Counted from the first letter of the stretch, positions 34,099-44,312 are shown. The stretch is 64,000 nucleotides of DNA from Prochlorococcus sp. AG-436-K22 (GCA_003212555.1 QCPK01000003.1:3677-67676); one strand, 5' to 3'. Translations and numbers: made by a program. The notes: a model not told the origin generated them from the sequence alone.

Positions 34099-36168
34099 AT
34101 GTCAGTTAAAGGTTTGAAGCCAAAAGATCAATCAATTTCCGAAGAAATCATTAATGATGTGAAAGAAGAAAGTAAACAAAAGAATTTCATATCTCAATGG
34201 TGGGATGAGTTTAGTTTAAGAGCAAAGTTACTTGCAATAGCTACATTAGTAGTCAGTCTATTAATGACTGGTATTACATTTTTTGCATTAAGCAGTATTC
34301 AGAAAGATGCTGGAATGAATGACACGAGATATGCAAGAGACCTTGGATTACTTCTCTCTGGAAATGTCACAGAATTAGTAGCTAAGGATCAGGAAAGGGA
34401 ACTTTTTAATGTTGCTGAGAAATTCTGGCGTTCTAGCAGAAATATAAGATATATATTCTTCACAGATCCTGACGGGGTAGTCAAATTAGGAATTCCAATA
34501 AGTGCAACTCCTAATGATGCGGAAAGTGAATTACAACTAAGAAGAAAACTTCAATTACCACAAGAATTAAAAAAACGTCCTCAATTTCCATTAGTGAGGC
34601 AACATTTAACCCCACAAGGCCAAGTCACAGATGTATTTGTTGCTCTTCTCTATAAAGGTAATTATGTAGGAAACCTTGCTTTAGGAGTAACGCCTAACAA
34701 AACAGCACTAGAGAGTGCTGCTTTAACTAGAGAAATAACCATAGCCGTTTTTATATCTATCTGGATACTTGTAATTATAGGGGCTGTTTTCAATGCTCTT
34801 ACTATAACAAGACCAATTAGAGCACTTGTTAGTGGTGTAAGAGACATCGCAAAAGGTGATTTTAAATCAAGAATTACTCTTCCTATGAGTGGGGAACTAG
34901 GAGAACTACTTAATGGTTTTAATAATATGGCATCTCAACTTGAAAATTATGATGCAGCAAATATTGAGGAGCTTAAAGCTGCACAAGTTAAACAACAATC
35001 TCTAATTGCCACAATGGCTGATGGTGCTATTTTGCTAGATGAAGAAGGTAAGATTGTACTAGTCAACCCCACTGCAAGAAGATTATTTCGCTGGGAAGGT
35101 CGTAATTTAGAATCCCAAAATTTAATTGATGAGTTACCAGAAATGATAGCTAATGATCTTCACCCTCATATAACATCATTACTAAATAATATTTATGACA
35201 CTGACGAGTTAAGGTGTAGCACAGGTGAACCAACTCGAACCCTCCGGATAGTACTGCAGTCAGTAAGAGACTCAAGTGGTTCAATCCTTAAAGGAATAGC
35301 TATAACAGTTCAAGACTTAACAAGGGAAGTAGAGCTTAATGCTGCCCAAAGACGCTTTATAAGTAATGTTTCCCATGAATTGAGGACGCCTTTGTTTAAT
35401 ATAAAAAGTTATGTTGAGACTCTTTATGATCTTGACGATAAGCTTGATCACAAAGAAAAAATGGAATTCCTGGAGGTTGCTAATTCAGAGACAGATCGAC
35501 TTACTAGATTAGTTAATGATGTTCTAGATTTATCGAAAATTGAAACTTCCACAAATGTAAAATTTGAAGAAATAAATATCAAGCATGCAATAGAACAAAC
35601 ATTAAGGAATTATAAGTTAAATGCACTTGAAAAGAAGGTTGAGATTGTTCAGGAATTAGAGGCTAATATGCAATTAATACTTGGTAATTGGGATTTAATC
35701 CTGCAAGTTATTGATAACTTAGTTGGCAATGCGCTGAAATTCAATAAGGTTAATGGGAAAATTATATTAAGGGCCTATACATGGCCAGATATATGTATAG
35801 CCTCTTGCACGAAAGAAACTAACAATGCACCTACCTGCGATATCATTTCACCATTGCCAAGAATAAGAGTTGAAGTTGCGGATACAGGATGTGGTATATC
35901 TGAAGAAGGTCAAGCAAGGATTTTTGAAAGGTTTTATAGAGTAGAGAATGCCGTTCATACAGAAGTAGGGACAGGCCTTGGTCTATCAATTGTTAGAGAA
36001 ATAGTAGAGAAGCACGGGAGCAAAGTAAGGTTGGTAAGTGCGTCTGGAATTGGGACAACATTTTGGTTTGACTTACCCTTAGCCAAAAATGATGCAGATG
36101 AATTATTAATTGAATCTGAAAGAGTTCGTCGACAATGGGATCTAGAGTTGGAGAAAGAATTAACTTAA
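34099..36168 (+). CDS. nblS: Sensor histidine kinase NblS/Hik33
   Basis: TM-HAMP-PAS-HisKA-HATPase layout; NDTRYARDLGLLL, FISNVSHELRTPLFNIKS, GTGLGLSIV. Confidence 0.93.
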   Translation: MSVKGLKPKDQSISEEIINDVKEESKQKNFISQWWDEFSLRAKLLAIATLVVSLLMTGITFFALSSIQKDAGMNDTRYARDLGLLLSGNVTELVAKDQERELFNVAEKFWRSSRNIRYIFFTDPDGVVKLGIPISATPNDAESELQLRRKLQLPQELKKRPQFPLVRQHLTPQGQVTDVFVALLYKGNYVGNLALGVTPNKTALESAALTREITIAVFISIWILVIIGAVFNALTITRPIRALVSGVRDIAKGDFKSRITLPMSGELGELLNGFNNMASQLENYDAANIEELKAAQVKQQSLIATMADGAILLDEEGKIVLVNPTARRLFRWEGRNLESQNLIDELPEMIANDLHPHITSLLNNIYDTDELRCSTGEPTRTLRIVLQSVRDSSGSILKGIAITVQDLTREVELNAAQRRFISNVSHELRTPLFNIKSYVETLYDLDDKLDHKEKMEFLEVANSETDRLTRLVNDVLDLSKIETSTNVKFEEINIKHAIEQTLRNYKLNALEKKVEIVQELEANMQLILGNWDLILQVIDNLVGNALKFNKVNGKIILRAYTWPDICIASCTKETNNAPTCDIISPLPRIRVEVADTGCGISEEGQARIFERFYRVENAVHTEVGTGLGLSIVREIVEKHGSKVRLVSASGIGTTFWFDLPLAKNDADELLIESERVRRQWDLELEKELT

Positions 36169-36195
36169 ATGAATTTTTCTTTCTTAATGCTATAT

Positions 36196-37683
36196 CTATG
36201 TTTTTTTAAATAATCCAGATATATTTTCATCTGAGCTTATGCGATGTGGTGCACCGCTAAATATCTGCTCAAAATTAGTGAATGCATCTTTAATCTCAGG
36301 TCCTTCACTAGTAATTATAAACTCTCTAATTCGTTTATCATGCCATGATCCCCTCATCTTAAAGACATTTATAGCTCTTGCCATTTCTCCCCTAATCTCT
36401 ACATATTGAAGCATTAAGATTGTATCTGTAATTGTTGAGATATGAGAGTCTGTGATTGAATGACTTCCCATAAACTCTTCTGCAGTATTCGTAAAGAATC
36501 CCGCGATTTCTTCTTGTTTTGCATAACCAGTAACACCAATAACAAATTGTCTAAATGCATTCTGACTTACGCCACGAGCAAGTGCGGAGAGAGAATCTAT
36601 TGCCATTCTTGATGGTTTGAATTCATTAATTTGTGTTTTAATAATCTGCAAGTGATCCTCAAGCCCTGTTGACTCTGGGTAGGCGCAAATAATCTTTAAC
36701 AAGCCATCACCTTCCATTTTCTCGAAGTCAATTCCCCAGCTTGTAGCATTCCTTAAAAGCTGAGCTCTTGATTCTTCGTAGGCAAACAAAATTGCTTTCT
36801 CTTTATTGGAATATGCATCCTCTATGAATTTAGAAACAAGCATCGTCTTACCTGTTCCCGTAGCACCTGTTGCAAGAATTATTGAATCCTGGAAATAACC
36901 ACCTCCACACATTTCATCAAGATCAAGAACTCCCGAACTAATTCGAATGTTCGATGACCTTTGCGTTAAGCGCATAGCACCTAAGGGGAAAACACTTACC
37001 CCTTGGGCGCCCATAGTGAAAGGGAACTCTCCTTTCATATGAGTAGTTCCACGAAGCTTTAAAACCTCTACGGTTCGTCTTCTCTTCTCTGATTCAAGAA
37101 CATTTCGCAATATCACAACATTATCTGAGACAAATTCTTCGACTCCATACCTAGCTATAGGTCCATACTCATCTACTCTCTCAGTAGTCATAACAGTAGT
37201 AACACCTATTTCTTTAAGCCTTGCAATTAAGCGGAAAATTTCTCTTCTAACAACATATACGGCATCATATTGCTGAAAGACTGCTGTCATTGAATCTATT
37301 GCGACTCGCTTTGCTTTGTATTTATTTATCGCATAACTAATACGTTCAATTAATCCTGACAAATCAAAATTACCCGCAACATCCTGTCCATCAGGATCAG
37401 GAGATGCATCAAGAATGAACAATTTATCTTGATCAATTAATTCTTGAAGATCCCATCCAAAACTTGCAGCATTCCTAATGATGTCCAATGGCGACTCTTC
37501 AAAAGTTACAAAAATCCCAGGTTCATCAAAATGACAAATCCCATGATGCAAATACTGAAGAGAAAAAACAGTTTTTCCTGTTCCAGAAGTTCCGCTAACC
37601 AATGTACTTCTTGCTATTGGCAAGCCTCCCTGGCAAACATCATCAAACCCTTCTATACCTGTTGGTAATTTTTGAACCTGCAT
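36196..37683 (-). CDS. kaiC: Circadian clock protein KaiC
   Basis: Two RecA-like domains (GTSGTGKT, GATGTGKT) and the DSHISTITDT phospho-site. Confidence 0.98.
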   Translation of the reverse strand: MQVQKLPTGIEGFDDVCQGGLPIARSTLVSGTSGTGKTVFSLQYLHHGICHFDEPGIFVTFEESPLDIIRNAASFGWDLQELIDQDKLFILDASPDPDGQDVAGNFDLSGLIERISYAINKYKAKRVAIDSMTAVFQQYDAVYVVRREIFRLIARLKEIGVTTVMTTERVDEYGPIARYGVEEFVSDNVVILRNVLESEKRRRTVEVLKLRGTTHMKGEFPFTMGAQGVSVFPLGAMRLTQRSSNIRISSGVLDLDEMCGGGYFQDSIILATGATGTGKTMLVSKFIEDAYSNKEKAILFAYEESRAQLLRNATSWGIDFEKMEGDGLLKIICAYPESTGLEDHLQIIKTQINEFKPSRMAIDSLSALARGVSQNAFRQFVIGVTGYAKQEEIAGFFTNTAEEFMGSHSITDSHISTITDTILMLQYVEIRGEMARAINVFKMRGSWHDKRIREFIITSEGPEIKDAFTNFEQIFSGAPHRISSDENISGLFKKT

Positions 37684-37783
37684 TTTTGGAATAGGGTAAA
37701 GGCTAAAGGAATGGATACCATGATGAGTCCAGGTTAAAATTTAGGGACAAATCAGACGTTGGGCTTCACTTTTAAAGTGATAT

Positions 37784-38131
37784 TTAAGATTTGCCCCCAT
37801 TGGACAACCCTTTCTCAACTTCTAAAAAGAAATCATTTTCAGTTAATTCTTCGAAAAGCAAGTCCAATCCAATCAAAACCTTTTCTCTATCTGACAGATC
37901 TCCAATTATTCGCCTAACAGGAGGAGGAAGGATTTTAGCCAATGTTGGCGTGGCTAAAATTTTATCTTCTTCAGCCAGCTGAGGACTCTTAAGGACATCA
38001 ATTACTTTTAAAGCATAAACGCCCTGAAAATCTGTTTTGAGAATTTCTCTAAGTGTGTTCAACGCTCGCATGGAATTTGGAGTATTTCCAGCGACATATA
38101 ACTTGAGAATATATGTTTTGCGAGGGGCCAT
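37784..38131 (-). CDS. kaiB: Circadian clock protein KaiB
   Basis: [41 protein letters not shown]. Confidence 0.98.
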   Translation of the reverse strand: MAPRKTYILKLYVAGNTPNSMRALNTLREILKTDFQGVYALKVIDVLKSPQLAEEDKILATPTLAKILPPPVRRIIGDLSDREKVLIGLDLLFEELTENDFFLEVEKGLSNGGKS

Positions 38132-38230
38132 TTTTTAAACTCCTAAAGAAAGAAATTGATTTACATATCTAAATCTTGACGGAATTAACCTCTAAGAGTG
38201 AGGATGTAATCTTGTCTTTCGATTATGTTG

Positions 38231-38291
38231 CAGGCCAAATCGGAAACTATAAGGAATTCAATCAATTGATATTCCTCTAGTGCCGAGCCTG
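38231..38291 (+). promoter_or_regulatory. Structured leader hairpin upstream of rplU
   Basis: Nested pairings CAGGC/GCCTG, TCGG/CCGA, ACTA/TAGT, AGGAAT/ATTCCT and TCAA/TTGA. Confidence 0.5.
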
Positions 38292-38310
38292 TTCATGTCC
38301 ATTGATTTAA

Positions 38311-38766
38311 ATGACTCCAAAGAAAAAAACCACCCAAAAAGAACCTTCAACTAGTGGAAACTATGCAATTGTTGAAGCGTCAGGAACTCAAGTTTGGCTA
38401 GAGGCCAATCGCTACTATGATTTGGATAGAATCCATGCAGATGTAGATGAAAAAATTACTCTTGAAAAAGTTCTATTAATAAATGATGAGAAAGGGCTCT
38501 CAATAGGAAAGCCATATATCAAAGGTGCTCGCATTGAGCTTAAGGTAATGGCTCATAAGCGAGGTCCAAAGATAATCGTTTACAAGATGCGTCCTAAGAA
38601 AAAAACACGTACGAAGAATGGACATAGACAAGAGCTTACAAGAGTAATGGTTACAGCCATTACTAAAGATGGCAAAGCAAAAAATGCTACTTCTTCTTCC
38701 AAAGAAAAGCCTAAAGATAGCAATATCGAGTCAAAAGCTAGTAAAATAAAAAACACCTCTAACTAA
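38311..38766 (+). CDS. rplU: 50S ribosomal protein L21
   Basis: YAIVEASG.Q, G.PY..GA, KIIVYKMRPKKKTR.KNGHRQELTR. Confidence 0.96.
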   Translation: MTPKKKTTQKEPSTSGNYAIVEASGTQVWLEANRYYDLDRIHADVDEKITLEKVLLINDEKGLSIGKPYIKGARIELKVMAHKRGPKIIVYKMRPKKKTRTKNGHRQELTRVMVTAITKDGKAKNATSSSKEKPKDSNIESKASKIKNTSN

Positions 38767-38799
38767 ATTCTCCAGCAAATTTAATTCTGTTAATTTTCA

Positions 38800-39066
38800 A
38801 TGGCACATAAAAAAGGAACTGGCTCTACTAGAAACGGTAGAGACTCAAACTCTAAAAGGCTTGGAGTGAAGGCATATGGAGGAGAAGCAGTTCATGCAGG
38901 ATCTATTCTTATTAGGCAACGTGGAACATCAATCTTGCCTGGAATTAATGTAGGAAAAGGAAAGGATGACACTTTATTTGCTCTTGTTGATGGAGTAGTG
39001 AACTTTGAAACTATTAAACGCAGTCTTAAAACGCGTAAGCGCATTAACGTTGCGATTCAAGGCTAA
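38800..39066 (+). CDS. rpmA: 50S ribosomal protein L27
   Basis: [24 protein letters not shown]. Confidence 0.98.
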   Translation: MAHKKGTGSTRNGRDSNSKRLGVKAYGGEAVHAGSILIRQRGTSILPGINVGKGKDDTLFALVDGVVNFETIKRSLKTRKRINVAIQG

Positions 39067-39072
39067 ATCCAA

Positions 39073-39822
39073 TTAACTCTTTGTTAAGTTTGAGGGTTTA
39101 TAAGAACGCGCTGTTATTAAAAAAGGATGGAAAATCTCAATAAAATTTCTTTGTAGGGTTACGAAGAAATTCTCAATAATTTTTTTGTCATCAAAATGGA
39201 ATGGATATTCCCCATGATTTCCCTTAAAAAAATACCAATTCAATAAAGCAACAGAATCCTTTGACAATCTTTCATGGAATATTGACAACTGTTCTGCAGG
39301 ATTGGGCAAATGCTCTAGAACATCAAAGCAAATAAGTGTATCGAATTGAACACTACCTGTACTAGAAAGATCTCTATGTACAGATATCAATTCACCAACT
39401 CCTAATCGTTTTGCTCTCTCCATTAAAAATTCTCTATTTTGAGGGTTTAGGTCTACAAAATATACATGTTCAACTCCATCCATCCCTGCTGCTGCAAGAG
39501 CATGAGTACCAATACCCCCACCAAAATCCAGAACATTACCATTAGCAAACATTTTCAAAAGGCGAATTGTATCAGCTATGTATTGAGAACTTCCTAAATG
39601 CCAAGATGCAAGGTCAAAAAGGTGGGCACTACTAATTTCATTCTCATAAAAAGCTGTGATATCGCTTTCATTAAAAGACCCTGGATGTAACTTAGACATA
39701 TTGTCTTGCCCCTTTGAAAGCTTTTCTTCTAATTTATGTTGATTCAAATTAAGATAGTGAGCCAAATGCTCCTTAAGATCAAACCCTGATTTTAAAAAAT
39801 CTTCTATCTCTAAGTTATTCAT
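39073..39822 (-). CDS. Class I SAM-dependent methyltransferase
   Basis: VLDFGGGIG, FDTLICFDVLEHLPNP. Confidence 0.88.
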   Translation of the reverse strand: MNNLEIEDFLKSGFDLKEHLAHYLNLNQHKLEEKLSKGQDNMSKLHPGSFNESDITAFYENEISSAHLFDLASWHLGSSQYIADTIRLLKMFANGNVLDFGGGIGTHALAAAGMDGVEHVYFVDLNPQNREFLMERAKRLGVGELISVHRDLSSTGSVQFDTLICFDVLEHLPNPAEQLSIFHERLSKDSVALLNWYFFKGNHGEYPFHFDDKKIIENFFVTLQRNFIEIFHPFLITARSYKPSNLTKS

Positions 39823-39932
39823 GTTTAGTTCTGCTTAAGTATCTTTCCTTGATCAACTTATCTCTTTTCAATTAACTAAATCTAAAAATAAATATAAAGC
39901 TGAAATCAACCAGAAACTTTTCAAAATTATCT

Positions 39933-40853
39933 ATGCTTGGATTTTTAGCTATAGACAAACCATTTGGTATAACTTCTCATGATTGCGTAAGCAGACTCAG
40001 GAAAATATATGGCATAAGAAGAATAGGTCATGGCGGCACTCTTGACCCAGCCGTAACAGGGGTTCTTCCTATTGCTATTGGCAAAGCAACTAGGTTCCTT
40101 TCATTCCTACCATCTGCAAAAAGATATGAAGGTACAATTCAACTTGGACTAAGAACAGCCACTGATGACTTGGAAGGAGAAATTCTCTCAGAAGAAAAGT
40201 GGCCCCAATTAACAAGAGATGCTATTTGTAATTATCTAAAAGCATTCAAAGGCACTCTCAAACAACGTCCTCCAAATTTCTCTAGTGTTCACATTGATGG
40301 TGAAAGAGCTCACCGAAAAGCGCGAAGAGGGGAAATTTTTGACTTACCATCTAAACAAGTCACTATTTATGACATTGAACTTTTAAAATGGGATATATCT
40401 TCAGGACAAATAGAACTAAATGTTCATTGTTCGTCTGGAACATATATTAGGGCCCTTGCCAGAGACCTTGGAAACAAAATTGGTTGCGGTGGCTGTTTAG
40501 CAAAGCTACGGCGGACAGAAGCACTGGGTTTCAATATTAATCAAGTAATACCTCTACCAAAATCTGAGGAATGCCTTAAATCAAAAAGGCCCCCACTTAT
40601 AAGCCCCCTAGAAGTTCTCACTCATTTTTCCACAATAAACCTCTCCAAAGAAGAAGAATCATTTTGGAGAAAAGGCCAATCATTAAAAATTAACGAAGCT
40701 AGGTTCAAATTGAACTCAATTGAGAATAAAGAAGATATTAGAGAAGAATATATTTTAGTTCTCGATTGCGAATGCGAGCTAATGGGACTGGGCAAATGGG
40801 ATGCGCAGCTATTAAAACTACAACCCAAAATAGTTTTAAATGCTGAAGGCTAG
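39933..40853 (+). CDS. truB: tRNA pseudouridine(55) synthase
   Basis: DKP.G.TSHD, GHGGTLDP, CSSGTYIRALARDLG, LRRT. Confidence 0.96.
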   Translation: MLGFLAIDKPFGITSHDCVSRLRKIYGIRRIGHGGTLDPAVTGVLPIAIGKATRFLSFLPSAKRYEGTIQLGLRTATDDLEGEILSEEKWPQLTRDAICNYLKAFKGTLKQRPPNFSSVHIDGERAHRKARRGEIFDLPSKQVTIYDIELLKWDISSGQIELNVHCSSGTYIRALARDLGNKIGCGGCLAKLRRTEALGFNINQVIPLPKSEECLKSKRPPLISPLEVLTHFSTINLSKEEESFWRKGQSLKINEARFKLNSIENKEDIREEYILVLDCECELMGLGKWDAQLLKLQPKIVLNAEG

Positions 40854-40867
40854 AAATTGAAAAAGTT

Positions 40868-42133
40868 TTAACTTTCCCTAAAAGCAGTAATTTTCACCCC
40901 TCTATAGAAATGTCGGAGAATCTTCCTAAAGCTAGCGCCTCTATCAGCCATATTTTTAGCACCCCACTGACTAAGTCCAACACCATGTCCAGATCCTGAA
41001 CCTTTAACCAATAGAAAATTATTGTCTTTTATTTGAGGAAGCTGATCGATCAATATATTTTCTAGGCTTGATTCTAAAAGGAATTTTTTATCAGCTGAAT
41101 TAACATCCTCTTCATAACTATAGGCTATATTCTTACTTAATTTTCTATTAATATGATGAGGCATAAGCTGAAAACCAACCAAAGTACTCTTTAAGTCCAG
41201 AAGCCTTCTCAATTCCTTTCCAGAAATAATTTTGACTCCTTTAGGGCCATAAACTTTTACCCTAGAAATTCTATCAGTATTTGTTTTCTGGATTATACGA
41301 ATAGTATTGAAACCACCTAATGTTTTAAAGATCTTAGATAGCTTTTTCTGCTCAATTTTCTTCTCCCATTTATAAGAAGGACTCATCTGATCATAATCAC
41401 GAACACTAATTAAATAAGGCCTAGTTTTACCCCAAACTTCATGACTAGACTCAGTTTGTCCGCCAGAGCTACTATGAAAAACAGCGTCAATTAAACGACC
41501 ATTATGAAGCATTACGAGAGATCTTGTACTATTAACAGATTGCACTGTTCTATTTGTCTCAGCTTCAACGCCTAGATAAACCTGACTTGAGACACTTGAA
41601 TCAACATCATAATCAGATCGTTTCTTTAACTGATGCAATGCGTATGTTCTAGCTGCTACTGCCTGAGCCTTTAATGCCTCTAGGGGCCAATCTTTTGGCA
41701 TTTCACTTCCTACTACACTCTTTAAATACTTCTCGATTTTCAAATAATTAATTACATATATAATGTTATCTCTTTCAAGCAATCTTAATTCACCACCAAA
41801 TCTTCTCTGCCCTAGCCAGACCCCTCTAGAGTCTCTAGTCGTAATTCTTATTTGTCTATTTTGGGGAAGGTAACGCCACTTCGAGAAATCTTTGTTAGTT
41901 GAATATTTTAACTGCCCATTTACAATATTAACTTTAAAAGATTTTATACTCTTACCATTAGAGTTGATTCCTCTTACAATAAGAGGCCTTGATTTATCGG
42001 CCCTAAAATTGATTTCTTTACCTTGAGCAACTAAGACACGGATTATTGGCTCTGAAGCAGCAAAACTTTCACCTCTTGCAAATATAAAAATGAAAGAGAT
42101 TGTTGATACCAATGGCAATACAAACTTCTTCAA
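40868..42133 (-). CDS. SpoIID/LytB domain protein
   Basis: YLKSVVGSEMP..W..EALKAQAVAARTYA, QVYLG, FHSSSGG.TE, GHGVGLSQWGA. Confidence 0.92.
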   Translation of the reverse strand: MKKFVLPLVSTISFIFIFARGESFAASEPIIRVLVAQGKEINFRADKSRPLIVRGINSNGKSIKSFKVNIVNGQLKYSTNKDFSKWRYLPQNRQIRITTRDSRGVWLGQRRFGGELRLLERDNIIYVINYLKIEKYLKSVVGSEMPKDWPLEALKAQAVAARTYALHQLKKRSDYDVDSSVSSQVYLGVEAETNRTVQSVNSTRSLVMLHNGRLIDAVFHSSSGGQTESSHEVWGKTRPYLISVRDYDQMSPSYKWEKKIEQKKLSKIFKTLGGFNTIRIIQKTNTDRISRVKVYGPKGVKIISGKELRRLLDLKSTLVGFQLMPHHINRKLSKNIAYSYEEDVNSADKKFLLESSLENILIDQLPQIKDNNFLLVKGSGSGHGVGLSQWGAKNMADRGASFRKILRHFYRGVKITAFRES

Positions 42134-42241
42134 AAAACCAATTTGATTTCCCTATCAAGAATCTAATTTGACGTGAAGACAATTTCCAAAAAAGTCATCA
42201 GAATCAATAACATGCATAAATTTATTTAAAAGCCTAAACCT

Positions 42242-43204
42242 TTGCAGATTACATTTCTAGGAACAAGTTCAGGCGTGCCAACCAGAGGACGCAATGTCTC
42301 TGCTCTAGCTTTAAGACTTCCACAACGTTCAGAGTTGTGGTTATTTGACTGCGGAGAAGGAACACAGCATCAATTTCTACGCAGCGAACTAAGAACATCT
42401 CAGATTAGAAGGGTTTTTATTAGCCACATGCATGGTGATCATGTTTATGGTTTACCAGGCCTTCTAGCGAGCTTGGGACTGGCCGGAAACAGTTCAGGGA
42501 TAGATCTTTACGGACCTAACCCTCTAAAAGATTTTCTAAATGGAATATTGCAGACCACATCAAGCAGGATTTCATATCCTTTGAAGATCAATTCAATCGA
42601 AAGGCTTGCACACGAAAACAAAATAATTTTTGAAGATAAGGACTTTATGGTTAGAGCAACCCCGCTAATTCATAGAATTCCAGCTTTTGGCTATAGGGTT
42701 GACGAAAAAGAGAAGCCAGGTCGCTTCAATATTGAAAAAGCAAAGGCTTTGAATATTCCTCCAGGACCTATTTACTCCCAATTGCAAAACGGTGAGGCAA
42801 TTAAATTAAAAGATGGAAGGGTTTTTCATGGCAATGATTTTTGTGGCCCAAAAAGACAAGGCTCAAGCTTTGTTTATTGTACAGATACAGTTTTCTCTGA
42901 GTCAGCTATCAAACTTGCAAACGGTGCAGATTTGTTAATCCATGAAGCAACTTTTGCTCATAAGGATTCCAAATTGGCTTACCAAAGGCAGCATTCAACT
43001 TCCACAATGGCAGCTCAAATTGCTTCTGAAGCCAATGTGAAACAGCTTATTCTCACGCATCTAAGCCCTAGATACGCTCCAGGTAACAGTCTCTCAGCAC
43101 ATAATCTTTTATCTGAAGCAAAGTCGATTTTCCCTAACACCTTGCTAGCAAAGGATTTCCTTCAAATTGATATACAAAAGCATGCAACAGTTCGTGATAC
43201 CTGA
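42242..43204 (+). CDS. rnz: Ribonuclease Z
   Basis: [42 protein letters not shown]. Confidence 0.96.
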   Translation: MQITFLGTSSGVPTRGRNVSALALRLPQRSELWLFDCGEGTQHQFLRSELRTSQIRRVFISHMHGDHVYGLPGLLASLGLAGNSSGIDLYGPNPLKDFLNGILQTTSSRISYPLKINSIERLAHENKIIFEDKDFMVRATPLIHRIPAFGYRVDEKEKPGRFNIEKAKALNIPPGPIYSQLQNGEAIKLKDGRVFHGNDFCGPKRQGSSFVYCTDTVFSESAIKLANGADLLIHEATFAHKDSKLAYQRQHSTSTMAAQIASEANVKQLILTHLSPRYAPGNSLSAHNLLSEAKSIFPNTLLAKDFLQIDIQKHATVRDT

Positions 43205-43272
43205 GGACACTAAACCCACATCATGAAAGAATATGTTCCATCGGTTGTTTCCGAAAGTCTTTGGTGTCCTCA

Positions 43273-43827
43273 ATGGCCTCTCTTATTTCTTCCCTGAAAA
43301 GATCACTCTCAAAATTACTGATCCTCTTACCAGTAATTATCGGTCTCACTGTGAGTCCTCTTACAGTAGACGCTTTGTATCCAAGCGACCCATCTTCAGT
43401 TGATGCGCTCGATACAAGTCTTCACGGCCAAAACCTACAGAATACTGAATATGTCAAATACGACCTTTCAGGCAGAGATCTCGGTGACGCAGACTTAAGT
43501 GGTTCATATTTCAGCGTCTCTAATCTTCAAAAAGCTGATCTTCGTGGAGCAAATATGCAAAATGTCATTGCATATGCAACAAGATTCGACAATGCTGATC
43601 TTTCAAATGCAAACTTTAGTGGTGCAGAGCTATTAAAAAGTCGTTTTGATGGAGCAGTAATTGATGGTACAAATTTCACTAATGCTGTTCTAGACTTGCC
43701 TCAAGTGAAGTCCCTATGTGATAGAGCTACTGGTCAAACTGCAGAAAGTCTAGAATGCGGAGGTCTAAACCAAAGTTACGTCCCTGCATCTAAAGAGCAA
43801 AATAAGTTCAATCCTGGTATTAGCTAA
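43273..43827 (+). CDS. Exported/lumenal pentapeptide repeat protein
   Basis: Signal sequence, then A(D/N)LxG repeats (DLSGRDLGDADLSGS...ADLRGANMQ...ADLSNANFSGA) and a C-terminal Cys pair. Confidence 0.9.
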   Translation: MASLISSLKRSLSKLLILLPVIIGLTVSPLTVDALYPSDPSSVDALDTSLHGQNLQNTEYVKYDLSGRDLGDADLSGSYFSVSNLQKADLRGANMQNVIAYATRFDNADLSNANFSGAELLKSRFDGAVIDGTNFTNAVLDLPQVKSLCDRATGQTAESLECGGLNQSYVPASKEQNKFNPGIS

Positions 43828-43839
43828 TACTTCAAAGCA

Positions 43840-43891
43840 AATACATAAAGAAGGGGGGGCTTAAATTTAAGCCCCCCCTTCTTTATGTATT
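43840..43891. terminator. Perfect 52-bp palindrome between convergent genes (likely bidirectional terminator)
   Basis: AATACATAAAGAAGGGGGGGCTTAAA|TTTAAGCCCCCCCTTCTTTATGTATT. Confidence 0.75.
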
Positions 43892-43920
43892 AGGTAAAGA
43901 ACCTATTTAAAAGCTAAAAG

Positions 43921-44115
43921 TTATGGAGCTGTAATGTAATAAAAAGCTGCAGCAGCAGCGCCAATCGCAAACATTGGCACACCTACAAGCAAATGTGCAG
44001 AAGCAAACCCTTGTCCTTTAGATCGCAAAATGTAATATCCAACGCCAGCGGCCCCTGCAGCTAAAGGAATAGCGGTATGTAGAAGTGCCGCCACTGCGTG
44101 ATAGTCGAAGTTCAT
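43921..44115 (-). CDS. Small Ala/Gly-rich two-helix membrane protein
   Basis: 64-aa ATG ORF with two hydrophobic helices, each ending in YYI; followed by the palindrome. Confidence 0.75.
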   Translation of the reverse strand: MNFDYHAVAALLHTAIPLAAGAAGVGYYILRSKGQGFASAHLLVGVPMFAIGAAAAAFYYITAP

Positions 44116-44312
44116 TCTTAAATTTGAGCTTATGTGAAGAGTATCTCAGCAATCGATGTTGAGAATTACTCCAAACCTCAATGATGCTTTATTTCTTCAT
44201 CTTCATTTATTTTCTAAAAAGAATCCAAAAAGCCCGAAAAGCTTTCCCAGGCTAGTTTTTGTCATAAAATCATTCAATTATATAGTCTCAAGAAAAAAGT
44301 TTCGAGCCCTAC

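Noticed and set aside
38132-38310. Possible kaiA pseudogene remnant upstream of kaiB
   Set aside because: Only 179 nt, largely explained by promoters and the rplU leader; no KaiA-like peptide was recognised
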